From assembly GCA_047495785.1 (NCBI GenBank), contig JBLDXI010000042.1, positions 744,001 to 808,000 on the forward strand: a stretch of 64,000 nt of DNA, in the 5' to 3' direction. Shown here piece after piece: positions 36,564-48,192 of this stretch; the first letter of the stretch is position 1; each line of letters begins with the position of its first letter. The DNA is from Lepidodermella squamata (Eukaryota > Animalia > Gastrotricha). The position numbers were made by a program, and so were the translations under genes. The notes beneath the pieces are model-generated. The model saw nothing but the letters and a program-made list of their open reading frames with translations. It did not search any database and was not told where the DNA came from.

Positions 36564-39500
36564 ATGAAATCGCAATTTTTCATCCTTCTAATTCTGGCGA
36601 TTTTCCAAGATGTGTCAATCACCTCATCTAATGACGGGTCTATCCCAGAAATCTTAGATAGCATTGGCTACATTGAGGTTGACTCGAATTTCAACTTTGA
36701 CGATGCAGATCTTCTGCCAGAGTTGGCAACAAGCAAAATCGGAACTGTTGTATACAACGTCTGTTTGCAATATCGCTCGAGACTAACTTGAAATATCTGA
36801 ACTTTGATTGCAGGAATCAATCTACTTGGCTTCGTATTTTGTATCGGACATCAACTCGACGTATCTGAAACGCGTGCCTCTGCCGAACTATGCAGTGTTT
36901 AAAATCGCTTCGATTGAAGTTGACAACAAGACTGAGGCGATCGCAGACATGAAATATCGCTTCTACCCATCGATTGGCGTCTGGCAGGAACTAATTCAGA
37001 CAGAGAGAGGAATCAAGATATCCTCAGTTTTTGGCTGCACTTTCTACCCCAGCCATTCTTACTTCCATTTTATGAGCATTATAGCTGATGGCAAGTTCGT
37101 TGGTTCGTCGGTTCGATTTCATCAAAACGAAAGCTACGCCAAACTTCTGAGTGATGGCAACTATAAAGTTAAAATCAATAAAACCTTCGAGACTGTGGCT
37201 AATCAGAGATTCAGGTGAGCTATTTTTAGTTCTAATCCAGCTTATTTGCTAACCCCTCAGAATCTCAAAAACTATGACGGTTGTCGCAGACCGTGTTCCG
37301 TTCCGTCTGTCGTTAGGGAGGATAGTGGGGTCCCCCAAAACTGTGCAAGGAGGATCAGTGTGTAGTATTAAAAAATGACAGCGGGAGTTTCCCGTCAACT
37401 GTCAAAGGCCGCAGGCCGACAGTGTAAATAAGGATATAGTGATTCTATTATGTCAGGGTATCGGTGTGGTGAAATTACCGAAAAACGAGACTCAATCAAC
37501 CGTGGCGATTTTTGACAAATATTGAGTATTTCAAAATGCCAACATTCGCTAAGAATTCAACATTCAACATAATTTGATGGAAATTTGAGGAATAATGCAT
37601 TGAATGATGAGGAATTTAAGGAATCCTTAACGTGCTGAAGGCAGAAACGAGATTTCAAGGGCTGAAATAGAGGATTCCTGTTCCCACATGGTTGGTTATT
37701 TTCTTAAGAAAAACTAATTTTCCGCTCGATATCTGGATAAAATGCCCTACCACTCATACACCCATGGCGTCTGATTAAATTAATTTTGTTTGCATTTAAA
37801 AATCAACCTTAAAAAATCGTTTAACAAATTCTATTTGCTTCATTTCTTTTGTGCGTGTCAAATATCGTGCGTGTCAAATATCGTCCAGAACTGACTATTT
37901 TGATTGGCTATAAGCTCATCTCTCAGTTTAAGCGTTCAATAAAAATAGTTTTTGTTAAGATCCTGTCTTTGATTAAAATTTCGGTGTGGCTATTGGCACA
38001 TACATTATGTGCCCCTTAATGGCTATTGGCACATAACATTTTTCATTCAACTGCTTTTTTCGGGAGTTTAATTCCCAGATACCAGCATTTCAACGTTGCA
38101 TTAGCAATCTAGGGGCGGCGAATTCACTGGAATCGTCGGATTTCGCGTAACTGTGGGATAGACTTCAGATACTCTACTTGGGCTACCCATTAGATGACGG
38201 ATACCCCGATTTGCGGGCCCATGACTGCAATTTCGATATCGCCATTCGATTCCCCGTTGACGAAAACCCTAATATCAATACTCGTTGAACATTTCGATGC
38301 GTGACTTTCTAAAACATCGAAAATTGAAATTAGCGTTATGTGCCAATAGCCATTAAGAGGCACATAATTATGTGCCAATAGCAACACCCTTAAAATTTTT
38401 CTTAGCTGATGTAATCCCTTAATGGGGCCTTGTTCTTTTGGGTAATTCAGATATCTGGATTTTAGAAATGAAAAATGAAAGGTCCACCTTAAACGCGTGA
38501 GTGGGCGAAATCACCGGGCGGAAACACATTTTCCATTGAAGCAAAAAATAACCAACTTTATTTTCCATTCTAGAAAAGTCGAATTCTTCGATTCGCAGAG
38601 CGTCAGTTCCGCGACTATATGTGTAAACAGCACTTTTGCTCTTGATGGCAAACTCTCATTCGATGTGGCAATCACTTCCGAGGTTACTGAATCGGCAGTA
38701 TCCTTCCAGACTATTGATCAGTTGGCAATGGAAGCTCAAGGCGAATTGGAGTTACTGATGGCTGGATTGTTATCAGCTAGAACTTTGTTCGAAGCTCACA
38801 TCGGCGGATGGCAGGCTTATCACATTGGTGGTAGTGTCAGTGTGAAAGGGAAAGGTTTGTCTATTAAAAAATAATCATGAAGTCGTTTTCAGAAGTGCCT
38901 TCTACTTTCATCAGGACCTCAGCAAGCTGTAATAAGTAGAGCGATTCAATCCGCATACTATCAAGTTTTCAGCCAAATCGTCGCAACCTCGAGATCCAAC
39001 TTAAAACCCTCTCAGGAGGTAAGATATTTCTTTGGAGCTTCCGCGTGTGGCCTCGGCCGCGGATCATCCCGGCGCCAGTTTGGTGGACATCGAAATGTGG
39101 AGCATGACATTTTTCTCTTTCAACCTGTTGCTTGGCTCCATCATGAACTTGCGAACCAGATGATGTTGCTGCTCCCACCAACCCTCCCCGTTCTCAACAT
39201 ATACTCCTACGAAACTGTAATTAGGGATGTTAACCTAGAGGATGCGGCTCCAACTTGGTGTAAACACTGCTCAGAGCAAGGCATCTACAGCGACGGCCTC
39301 TTCAGTTTCGTCACACGAATTCTTTACTTCATCACTGGGGCAAAAACTCGTTCTGATATCTTGCTCGAAAAGAACCGCAATATGAATGAAAAATTCATCA
39401 GCGAATTATCAAAAGATAACAACAGCTTCATCTCGATTACCGGCGTTACTGGGCCGGATGAACTTCACATGTATCAGTCGAATAACCTGGTTACCAACAC

Positions 39501-42500
39501 CCTCGGCCAACTCGCAGTTCACTTCACGCAGTATCTGGCCTGCCTAAATCGAGAGCCAATCAATGACGAGTTGTTGGATAGAGCAATGCGAATAAAGTTT
39601 CCGTATGATAATAGTACGAATATCAACTATCAGTTTGATGGTTTCAATTTGAGTGATGCGATCTCCCAGGCTGATGCTCTTCTGGCTCACTTTCCAGTTG
39701 GATACAATTTCTCCGGGCGTTTCCTCGAGCAAGCCCCGCCTGAGATGCTGAGGAAGGATATTGACGTAAAATGATTTTGTATTTAGTAATAATATTTGGG
39801 ATGTAGATATAGAAGTTCAAGTTAGAAGGACCACAGAGCACCAAGTGCAAACCTAACAGGATGTAAAGTTCACGAAACCCCAGCTTCGACATTTCAACCT
39901 CTGTACAACCCAGGGTGCGATCTTCGATGCCCGAGCTCCCCGAAAAACATTTTTGGCTGTATTTGCTAATAACCGAGCGAAGCGAGAAAATCAGTGTGGA
40001 ATAACGTGGTGGGGATGGTGGATACGGTACCCGGCAGTTGGCCCTTTTTAGCCCGTACCCGCCGGGTATGACCGCAGTGCAAGCAAAATAGTTGGGAACG
40101 TCAACCAATCAGGATCATTGTTTACAGTTCACAGCCAATCAAAGCAGTTCTCGCACTGACTCCCTTTAAAACGCAGCTCGCAGCTGATTGGCCGGCTCTA
40201 ATAACTTCAGAGAGTGTGGCAGCGCACTAATGCTACTTGATATACTGCGCGCCCCCAATCCCCCTGAAAGTCGCGCACTGGAACAGCCCCATGTGGGACC
40301 CCGTGCAGCTGGCAGGGACCCGAAACAACCATCTTCCGCACCCCTTCAAACAACCAAGCCGGAAAATGGGCTCAGTTAAGATGCTTGATATAGGTTTTGT
40401 TTCTAGGATCAATTTAGTATCTGAAGCTTTATCTAATGGACATAATTCCTAATTTAGCCCCCATGAGAAGAAACAACTTTACGGAACATATGGAATATGT
40501 GCTTAATTTGAAGCGAAGTTCCAACTTAATGATAATCTCCTATTCAGCTCTTTTTGATAATCAAAAATCAAATGAAAAATTTTATATTCTGGTTTTTAGA
40601 ACTATAATCGTCGATTTGGCAGATCTTCCAATGATGGTGTTGGAATCGTAGAAATTCCTGCAACATCTCTATCAGTCAAAGCCATTCTTGAAATGCAACT
40701 GGCCACGGTGGATTCCCTAGCAACCGGTCGGAAGGATTTCGAACTCTTGCTGCAAAACTACCAATCTGGTCCGTTTATCATCTGGCGGAACGTGACTGAT
40801 GTGAAAAATGCAGCAATTGGACACACCTATACCGCAGCTGCATTTTTAGGAGTTTTAATGTTCGGATTTGGCGGGCTTCGTATAAGGAACAATCGGGTCG
40901 ATATTCAACAGCCATCGTTACCGGATGGCATTGACAGCCTTACACTGTCACAAATCGCATTTCTAGGCTACGAAATCAACTATCACGTCAATGCATCGCA
41001 TATTACCTTGTTGTCGCTAAGTGAGAACTTCAGGAAAACAACACGGCTATTCAGTCGAATGAAAAACGGGTATATTCCACTGACATCAGCTAAGGTTACG
41101 CTGGAAATCCCACCAGTGGCCGAGACGTCTGATACGACTGCGGCGATTTACTCTTTCATTGCGGATAGCAGCTCGAAATGTATTTTGGATGATCGAAACT
41201 ACAACAGCCACAACCCGTACTATTCTGTGGACGAAGCCGAGGACAATTCCAAAAAATCAGGTATCTTTAGCCAGTTCAGTGTAGGAAGGATCCTCGAAGT
41301 AGGGGTACCTTTGAGCTTCAAGTATTTACGTTCCCGAGTTTATCGGACCAAAGCAGTGCGCTAGTGGTATAGCTAGTTGTAAAGACTATAGACCCAACAC
41401 TACGTCAATGCCAAGGTGGAAAACACCAACAAGACCCTTTGGCCATATCGGGGCACGAAAACACTGCATAGTTCGGATCCTACATCGAGCTCTGAATCCC
41501 CTACATCTTGCACTGAATGGTCCCCCTTTGGGTTTTCAGGTTTTTTGTCTTCGCCACTCGAGCTGGGTAGTGCACGAAGTAGGATCCTCGAACTAGGAAG
41601 TGTTTTCGGGCCCCGATATTAAGGCCAAAGGGTCTCTCCGTGGTTTTGTTGGGGTTTCCACCTTGGCCTCGTGGCCCCCATTCCTCCCGTACGTGCACTG
41701 GAGTTGGGGGTACTGTTCCCACTACTGTTCACCCTGTTCACTGTACTGTTCACCCCCGTACTTCGAACACTGCGCCAATTATTAAAGTGTATTTGTGAAT
41801 TTTAGATTCTGGGGACGATCAACTGCTCCTGATCATTCTGACATCCGTTTTTGGCGCCATTGTCGTCATAGTCTTAGGACTTGGGTTCCTCTATCGAAAA
41901 CGGTTTCGTAAAAAGGCAGCTAGCATCGTGGCGAACAGCGATTCCAGCTACATCGTACCATTCGCAGACTTCACAAAGCTACTCGAAGGCATGGAAGGCG
42001 CACAAGATCTTATCATCCTGATCGAGCGGATCAACGTGTGCAACGACTGGCTCGAAATAACCGGCATACTGGGAACTGGCCACTACGGCGCCGTGCAACA
42101 AGCTGTTCTTCGCATGCCCGGGCAGAGCGAGCAAGACGTAGCCGTGAAGAGCATCCGGCCCGATGTTAAGTCTGATTTTGTTGGCCTTATCAAAGAAGCC
42201 CATGTTATGAAAGACTTCGACCACGAAAACGTTCTGCCGCTCATCGGAATCGCGATTCTTCACGACCAGCCGCACCTTATCGTGCCTCTCATGCAAAATG
42301 GGACTCTGAAGGAATATCTGAAGCCGAAAAGGTTGGCAGATGTTAGTTACAGCGAAAGGATGCGGTTCATCACCCAAATTTGCGATGGTATGGTGTACCT
42401 CCATTCGAGGAATTGCCTTCATCGAGATTTGGCCTGTCGTAATGTGTTGCTGTCTAGCGATTTAACGTGTAAGATTTGCGACTTTGGCCTGTCGCGAGTG

Positions 42501-43541
42501 TTGGAGCAGGAGGATGACTACTATCGAACGTCGACGGAGAATGAGTATGCTGTACCGGTCAGGTGGCACCCGCCCGAGTCTGTGATGCGGAAAATCTTTG
42601 TTCTCAAGAGCGATGTTTGGTCTTTTGGCGTTGTCGCCTGGGAAATTTTCACAAGTAAGGAAACGGAGTTCGCTAAATCTTCTAAAATACTTATTTCACC
42701 TGTTCGAAAGTTTTATTTCCCGAGAGACAAGCATAGTTCAGTTCTTTGATTAAGCAAAGGAATCCCTCCATGAGAACCAAAGCAAGAAGAAAGTTTGTTC
42801 AACCCTGAAAAATACCGAATATGCCCGAAAAAGTTACCTTCGGGTTTCCAGTTTTTCTCCAGCTTGCTCCATAAATGATGGGAACAGTGTAGGATCTTCG
42901 AACGGGGGAATATTTTCCACCCGGAACTTTTTTACAAAAGGTTCCCTTCGGTGGTTTATTCGGGTTTCCAAGCCTGGACCTTTCGAACTTGTTGACCAAA
43001 GGTTCCCTTCGGTGGTTTATTCGGGTTTCCAAGCCTGGACCTTTCGAACTTGTTGACCAAAGGTTCCCTTCGGAGGTTTATTCGGGTTTCCCAGCCTGGA
43101 CCTTTCGAACTTGTTGACCAAAGGTTCCCTTCAGTGGTTTATTCGGGTTTCTCAGCCTGGACCTTTCGAGCTGGGGGGTATGAAACCTGAAACCTTTATT
43201 ATTACCCTCTTTATTATGTAAACTGAGTGGAAATTCATGATGTTGAAGATTCAGTTAAAAGATGTTATTCTTCTAACAGACTGCGAACGCGAACCTTACG
43301 ACCAGCTTCAAGCCATGGAGGTTATTTTCAACGTTTGCCACGGTTATCGATTGCCAAAGCCAACGGCGTGCCCAGATAAAATGTGAGTATACAGAACATA
43401 TCGAACCATATTTTCTCTTAATTTTCATTTTCTAGCTACGATGATATAATGGCGAAATGCTGGCAGCAAAATCATGAAGATAGGCCGTGCTTCAAGCAGC
43501 TTCAGGAAATGTTACAAGATCAAGCATTCACCCATTGTTAA
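36564..43541 (+). CDS. Receptor tyrosine kinase with GH65/PGGHG-like glycosidase ectodomain; exons 36564-36758, 36814-37214, 38574-38854, 38915-39765, 40600-41260, 41806-42654, 43280-43382, 43436-43541 (~1148 aa)
   Basis: All seven GT-AG introns are phase compatible; signal peptide; GH65-like motifs (AYYQVFS, GASACGL...GH, GVTGPDE, SQADALL, FLGVLMFGFGGLR); TM LLLIILTSVFGAIVVIVLGLGFLY+RKRFRKK; TK motifs GTGHYG, VAVK, HRDLACRN, DFG, PVRW, SDVWSFG, CW; AATAAA at ~43591. Confidence 0.85.
37983..38388. mobile_element. MITE in RTK intron 2; a solo end of the same family lies at ~26301-26355
   Basis: TIR ggtgt(g/t)gctattggcacata...tatgtgcc(c/t)cttaatggctattggcacataac and its reverse complement. Confidence 0.75.
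41277..41772. mobile_element. Repeat/MITE with internal inverted repeat in RTK intron 5; related copy at ~10185-10325
   Basis: Inverted arms ~41410-41482 vs ~41580-41667; shared aggatc(c/t)tcgaactagg and gttcacccc(c)gtacttcg motifs with 10185-10325. Confidence 0.6.
42938..43170. repeat. 61-bp minisatellite, ~4 copies, in RTK intron 6
   Basis: Unit aaggttcccttcggtggtttattcgggtttccaagcctggacctttcgaacttgttgacca. Confidence 0.9.
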
Positions 43542-43642
43542 TTATTTCAGCTTTGCTTTGGTATACCATTTGAATTTTTGTACCTAATTCAATAAATAAA
43601 TCTTTATTCGAAAAAAGTATTTCTTTCAATAAAATCGTGAAA

Positions 43643-44930
43643 TTAATCCATAATGACGCGATCGGTTATCGATTCTAATATCGGTTTTGTTGGCAGAGTG
43701 AAATTCAGCTCAAGCAGCGATTTTGTGTCCAGCTGGTTGTAGGTCTCAATCAAATTTCCATCCCAATCGAGATCTTGCTTCTTCTCAAGGTGTCTGAAAT
43801 CAGTCCATTCAGGATTCGGCCAGCTGACTAGGTTCCATTTTTTCGCTAAAAGGCTAAAAACCGTTTGATCATGTCGATTTTCTTTAAAATCCGTCGATTC
43901 GTCCCTCAACTGGCTGGGCTCATCGGTTAAAATTCGCGGATCTTGAGAGTAGGTCAACCATTCACTGACGAAGCGTATCGAGTCGAAAGATCGGCGAAGC
44001 ATGACGTAGGCGCCGTAGATTTGCATAGTTTCGTTAATTCGAGGCATTAAATGTTCGACATTCAGCAGCAGATAGGCGTCGGATTTCGACCATGGAAATT
44101 CGGGAAATCGTTGATAAAATACAACAATATCTTGCTCCAGTTGAGCCTAAAACGAAATTCATAAAATAACAAAAAAATTGGGAAAAATGGGGAAAAAATT
44201 TAAAATTTAAAATTTAAATTGTTCAATTTTCGATATTAAATTTCAAAATTTATTCAGATTTAAGATTTAAAATATTATTTAAATATTTTCAAAGGTGGGA
44301 AAAAATCTTGGAATTTTATTTTAATTTCAATTCAATTTTCGAATTTTAATTTCGATATTATGAATTTGTTCAAGATCGAATGCTTACCTGTAAGCAAATA
44401 AACTCTTCCAAGCTATTGATAACAAATTTATCCGAATCAATGTACAGCATGACATCGGATTCGTCCAGCTCCAATAGAAACTTGAGAATCAAATAGGGTT
44501 TCCACAACCAAAGCCCACCACCGCGTTCGACCGAGACGATTTCCCGATTTTGGGCTTCGAAATGATCGTCCAATATCGGCTTAGCGACTACAACGCAAAT
44601 GTCAATTCCTGGAATTTGAACAGCCATTTCGCAGTGCTTCTTAGCTTCTTCAAGGTACCAGCCATGCGTTGCGCCTGTTACAATGATTCGATGTCCTTTA
44701 ACCAGGCTACAGCGCTCATTTTCAGGTAAAGTCATGTTTGGTAGCTTCAAGGGTCGATAGATGAAGATTGAGCCGGGGGAACTTTTCTCGGTCATTTCAT
44801 CGACCCATTTCAGGGAATTTTTCGGGAAAAGCTGGTTATGAAGGTCATTGATCCAGCTGGCCACGAATATATAGGTCAGGAGGAGTAGACCAACCAGTTT
44901 CGGAAACAAAAATTTCGATTGGCGAATCAT
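43643..44930 (-). CDS. Putative glycosyltransferase-like type II membrane protein; exons ~44930-44389 and ~44147-43643
   Basis: N-terminal TM; RGGGLWLWKPYLI, YIDSD (DXD) and ENRHDQTVFSLL motifs typical of an uncharacterised GT-A-like family. Confidence 0.7.
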
Positions 44931-45354
44931 GAGGCTGATCGATTTTCAATAAAAAAATCTAAATAAATAAGAATCAAAATGAGACTAATGAAAAAATAGG
45001 GTTATAAAAAAAATCAGGATTAAACTTTGAAATTATATTTTGAAAAATTTGGAAATTTGAAAAATTAGAAATTTTTTGGAAAAAATGAAATAATAAAATA
45101 TTAATTTTTTTTAAATATTTGAAAAAAATATAAAAATTATATCTCAAAATTGCCCATTCCGATAATTTATTTTCAATTATTTCTCAAGTAGTAAACTAGT
45201 AAACTAGCTTGAATTTAAATTTTCTAGATTTTTAAATTTCTCAAAAATTATTGAATTTTTTTTCGGCTTCGATTTGTCACCCTGAGTTTTCAAAACTTCA
45301 GAAAATTTCAAACAATAATTTATTTTCGAAAAATTAATATTGTATTCGAGTTCA

Positions 45355-46362
45355 TCAGAATGTCTCAGGCCTGTAACCGTCATTTTGCGAGTCATTCGAT
45401 CCAATGAAAGCCATCCAATCGCTGCGCCAAGATTGGCTCGAATATTGAACAACAAAAGACCCAGGGAAAAGCTGTTTACAAGCCGATTCATCGAAAACCG
45501 GCGACAGCCCAGAACAAACTGGTTTGACCTTCTTGTCCTTCCACGAAAATGGATGGAGGACATTTTTCGGAAAAATTCGCAAATCGTAAATAAATTCCGA
45601 ACAATTGTACAGCGACCCGGCCGGCTCGAGCCCCGTCATTTCCCGCCTCACAGCAATGTAGCTCAAAATCGAGTTGAAAAACGCGACCGGCCCAGTAATA
45701 AAAACCGGCCTAACGTCACGCCTCGCATATTTCTCGGCCGCATATTGAAACTGGGTCAACGCGATTGAAAACAGTAAATGACCCGGTTGCGCCGCCATAA
45801 CACTCGCTGGGACGAAATTTTTATCCAAATCCTCCTCAAATTTTTCCATCATATAGCCGAGTAGGACGGGGCGCGCTTCATCGGCCAACAGGGTGTCTGA
45901 AGGCTGTAACGGCTCCGTGTCCAGATCCGCATACACCCCGCCGTAGCGGTGCATGTATAAAATTCGGCTAACGTCGGATTTCATAACGCCAACGGGCAGC
46001 GAGTCGTAGAAATTGAGGAGGTAAGGGTAGAATTTAGCGACCAGGTCACGGTTCATTGCGTCCGTCCATAACTGGTGCGACCAGGTTGGGTGAAGGTCAA
46101 GCCACGTTTTTCGGTATCTCGCGTAATTTTCCGGTAAATTATCCGAATTTTTCCAGGTTTGATGAAGAATTTTTGGAATTTTTCCGCCGAACGAGGCGGC
46201 GATTAATTTCGCATCGATCGAATCGAAATCGATTTGTTCCGAATTTCCAGGATCAAATGCTGATAATAAATAGCAAATAATTATTGTTGAGCTGATTAAA
46301 ATAATTGATATTAGAAAATTGAAGAATTTTCTTAGCTGAAAATCACTTGCGTTAAGCAACAT
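45355..46362 (-). CDS. GT32-family glycosyltransferase, intronless paralog of 8644-9699
   Basis: IPKILHQTWK, KSDVSRILYMHRYGGVYADLDTEPLQP, QYSSQSW shared with the first copy. Confidence 0.9.
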   Translation of the reverse strand: MLLNASDFQLRKFFNFLISIILISSTIIICYLLSAFDPGNSEQIDFDSIDAKLIAASFGGKIPKILHQTWKNSDNLPENYARYRKTWLDLHPTWSHQLWTDAMNRDLVAKFYPYLLNFYDSLPVGVMKSDVSRILYMHRYGGVYADLDTEPLQPSDTLLADEARPVLLGYMMEKFEEDLDKNFVPASVMAAQPGHLLFSIALTQFQYAAEKYARRDVRPVFITGPVAFFNSILSYIAVRREMTGLEPAGSLYNCSEFIYDLRIFPKNVLHPFSWKDKKVKPVCSGLSPVFDESACKQLFPGSFVVQYSSQSWRSDWMAFIGSNDSQNDGYRPETF

Positions 46363-46473
46363 TTTTTCGAATAAAAATAAAAACAAAAAATTTTATGTAG
46401 CAATTCAAGCGTGGCACGCGATTTAATTTTCGACGTGAATTCATTCATTTTTATTTTTGCTTTTCACGAAAAA

Positions 46474-48144
46474 ATGTTGATTCGTTCGATTCCGAGTGTT
46501 AGGTTAAAGCGATTCTTCACGTTGATTTGCTGGACGGCTGGTTTTGTGGCGATTTCGACCGTGACCTTGATTCATTCAAGCGTGAAATTTTCGATTTTCA
46601 AACGACTAGTTTTAAGTTCGTGCCAGGTAATTTTATTAAAATTAATAAATTTTATCAATGATTTTTTAATTAAAAAATTAGAAAAATGGAAATTTTCTGG
46701 AATTTGAGATGAGTAAAAGGCGCGAACATATTCGCAAAATTTGTCAGCAAATTGCGGAAAATGACAGTGATTTCAAGAACAATCGAGTTGATTGGTCAGC
46801 TTTCGAGCAGCGAAGGTGGAAAAATATGACGCGACCTAGGTGGTGGTATGACCTGGTTGTTAATGAGAAATATCAGTTCATTTATTGCGCGTAAGTTTCG
46901 AGTTTCCAGTATTTCCATTTTCAAAAATTCCAGAGTTTTCCCAAAATTTTCTTAAATTCAGTAAATTACTGAAATTAAATTAAAAATTGTATCAATATAG
47001 TGATATTTTTGGATTTGAATTGATTATTGGTTATCGATTATCGATTATCGATTTTGTATTATTTTCGAAATTCAAAGCTTCATGGCCAAATTTCATGATT
47101 AACGAAAAATTTGTATTGAAAAATTACAGAAATCGATTTACCTATTTAATTTACTTTGATTGATTTTTTCAAAATTTCAATCACTCAACAGGACGCCGAA
47201 AGTCGCGAGTACCAACATTCGCCACTACATTTTACGGCTATCAAACGCTTCAATCGATGAACAAATGCTGGGCGAAGAAGACACGGCTGATACCTACAAC
47301 CGCGATGACCAGCTGGAAATTTACAAGAAATTAAATAATACCCGGCGGCATTTTGCTCTGCGAAAATTTCACACCTTCAGCAATGTTTCAGTGGCCAAAT
47401 CCATATTGAGTGATTTCCGCAAATTCGTCTTCATTCGAGACCCGGTCGATCGCCTGATTTCAGCTTGGCACGATAAATTATCGAAACCGGCTGACAAAAC
47501 TGACCTGGTTCATCAAAGAAATTTCAAAGTAAGCGAAAAATTGTGAAAAATTCAAAATTTTTGAAATTTCAAATTTTAAAAATGAATTTGAAAAAAAAAT
47601 TAATTTCCAAATTTTTCAAAAAATTTCAAAATTTCAAAAATTTGAATTTGAATTTTGAAATTCTAAATTTTAATAATAGATTAATATATTGTTTGAATTT
47701 CGATTATTTCAGGCCGTTGGTAGCGATATAATTCGAAAATGTCGACCCGGCGCGACCCAGGATGAAATCAGTCAATCGCAACCAGTCACCCTGGAAGAAT
47801 TTTTGTGTTACCTCGCCCAGTCTGATGATTCATCGAAATTAAACCGTCATTGGCGACCTCAGAACCAGCTGTGCCACCCGTGTTCAATCGACTATGACTA
47901 TATTGGCGTAATGAGCAGCGATGACCTAGCAAATTTCGGCTGTGAAATGGAGCATATTGCGAGGCAATTTACCGGCCGAGGAGATGTGCCAAGTCTCGCT
48001 AAATCGCCTCGGCTTTACGGCGCGAGACAAAACTATCTATCGATATTGGACGAGAAATCGAAGAAATTGCTTGGCAAAGTGATCGATAAACATTATAAAA
48101 TCGATTATGAATTATTTAAATTCGCTTTCAAAGCTCCAATTTAG
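46474..48144 (+). CDS. Carbohydrate sulfotransferase (HNK-1/CHST8-14, Sulfotransfer_2 family) 1, multi-exon
   Basis: Type II TM; 5'-PSB TPKVASTN; 3'-PB RDPVDRLISAW; NRHWRPQ...CHPC..DYDYIG; YKIDYELF. Confidence 0.85.
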
Positions 48145-48192
48145 CCCAATAAAATTCCAAATTTTTTCAAACATATTTTTAGATTTCTTGAA

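Noticed and set aside
37457-37525. Possible extra RTK exon (GIGVVKLPKNETQ...)
   Set aside because: Phase incompatible with the exon-2 donor; exon 2 joins 38574 directly in frame
41261-41364. Stop of the 40693-41364 ORF suggesting a standalone secreted GH65 gene
   Set aside because: The tail after the cag|gtatct donor is repeat-derived intron sequence, and the phase-1 acceptor at 41805 continues in frame into TM and kinase; a soluble isoform cannot be fully excluded
42938-43170. Regular repeats resembling a CRISPR array
   Set aside because: Head-to-tail 61-bp units with no unique spacers, no cas genes, and located in a eukaryotic intron: a minisatellite
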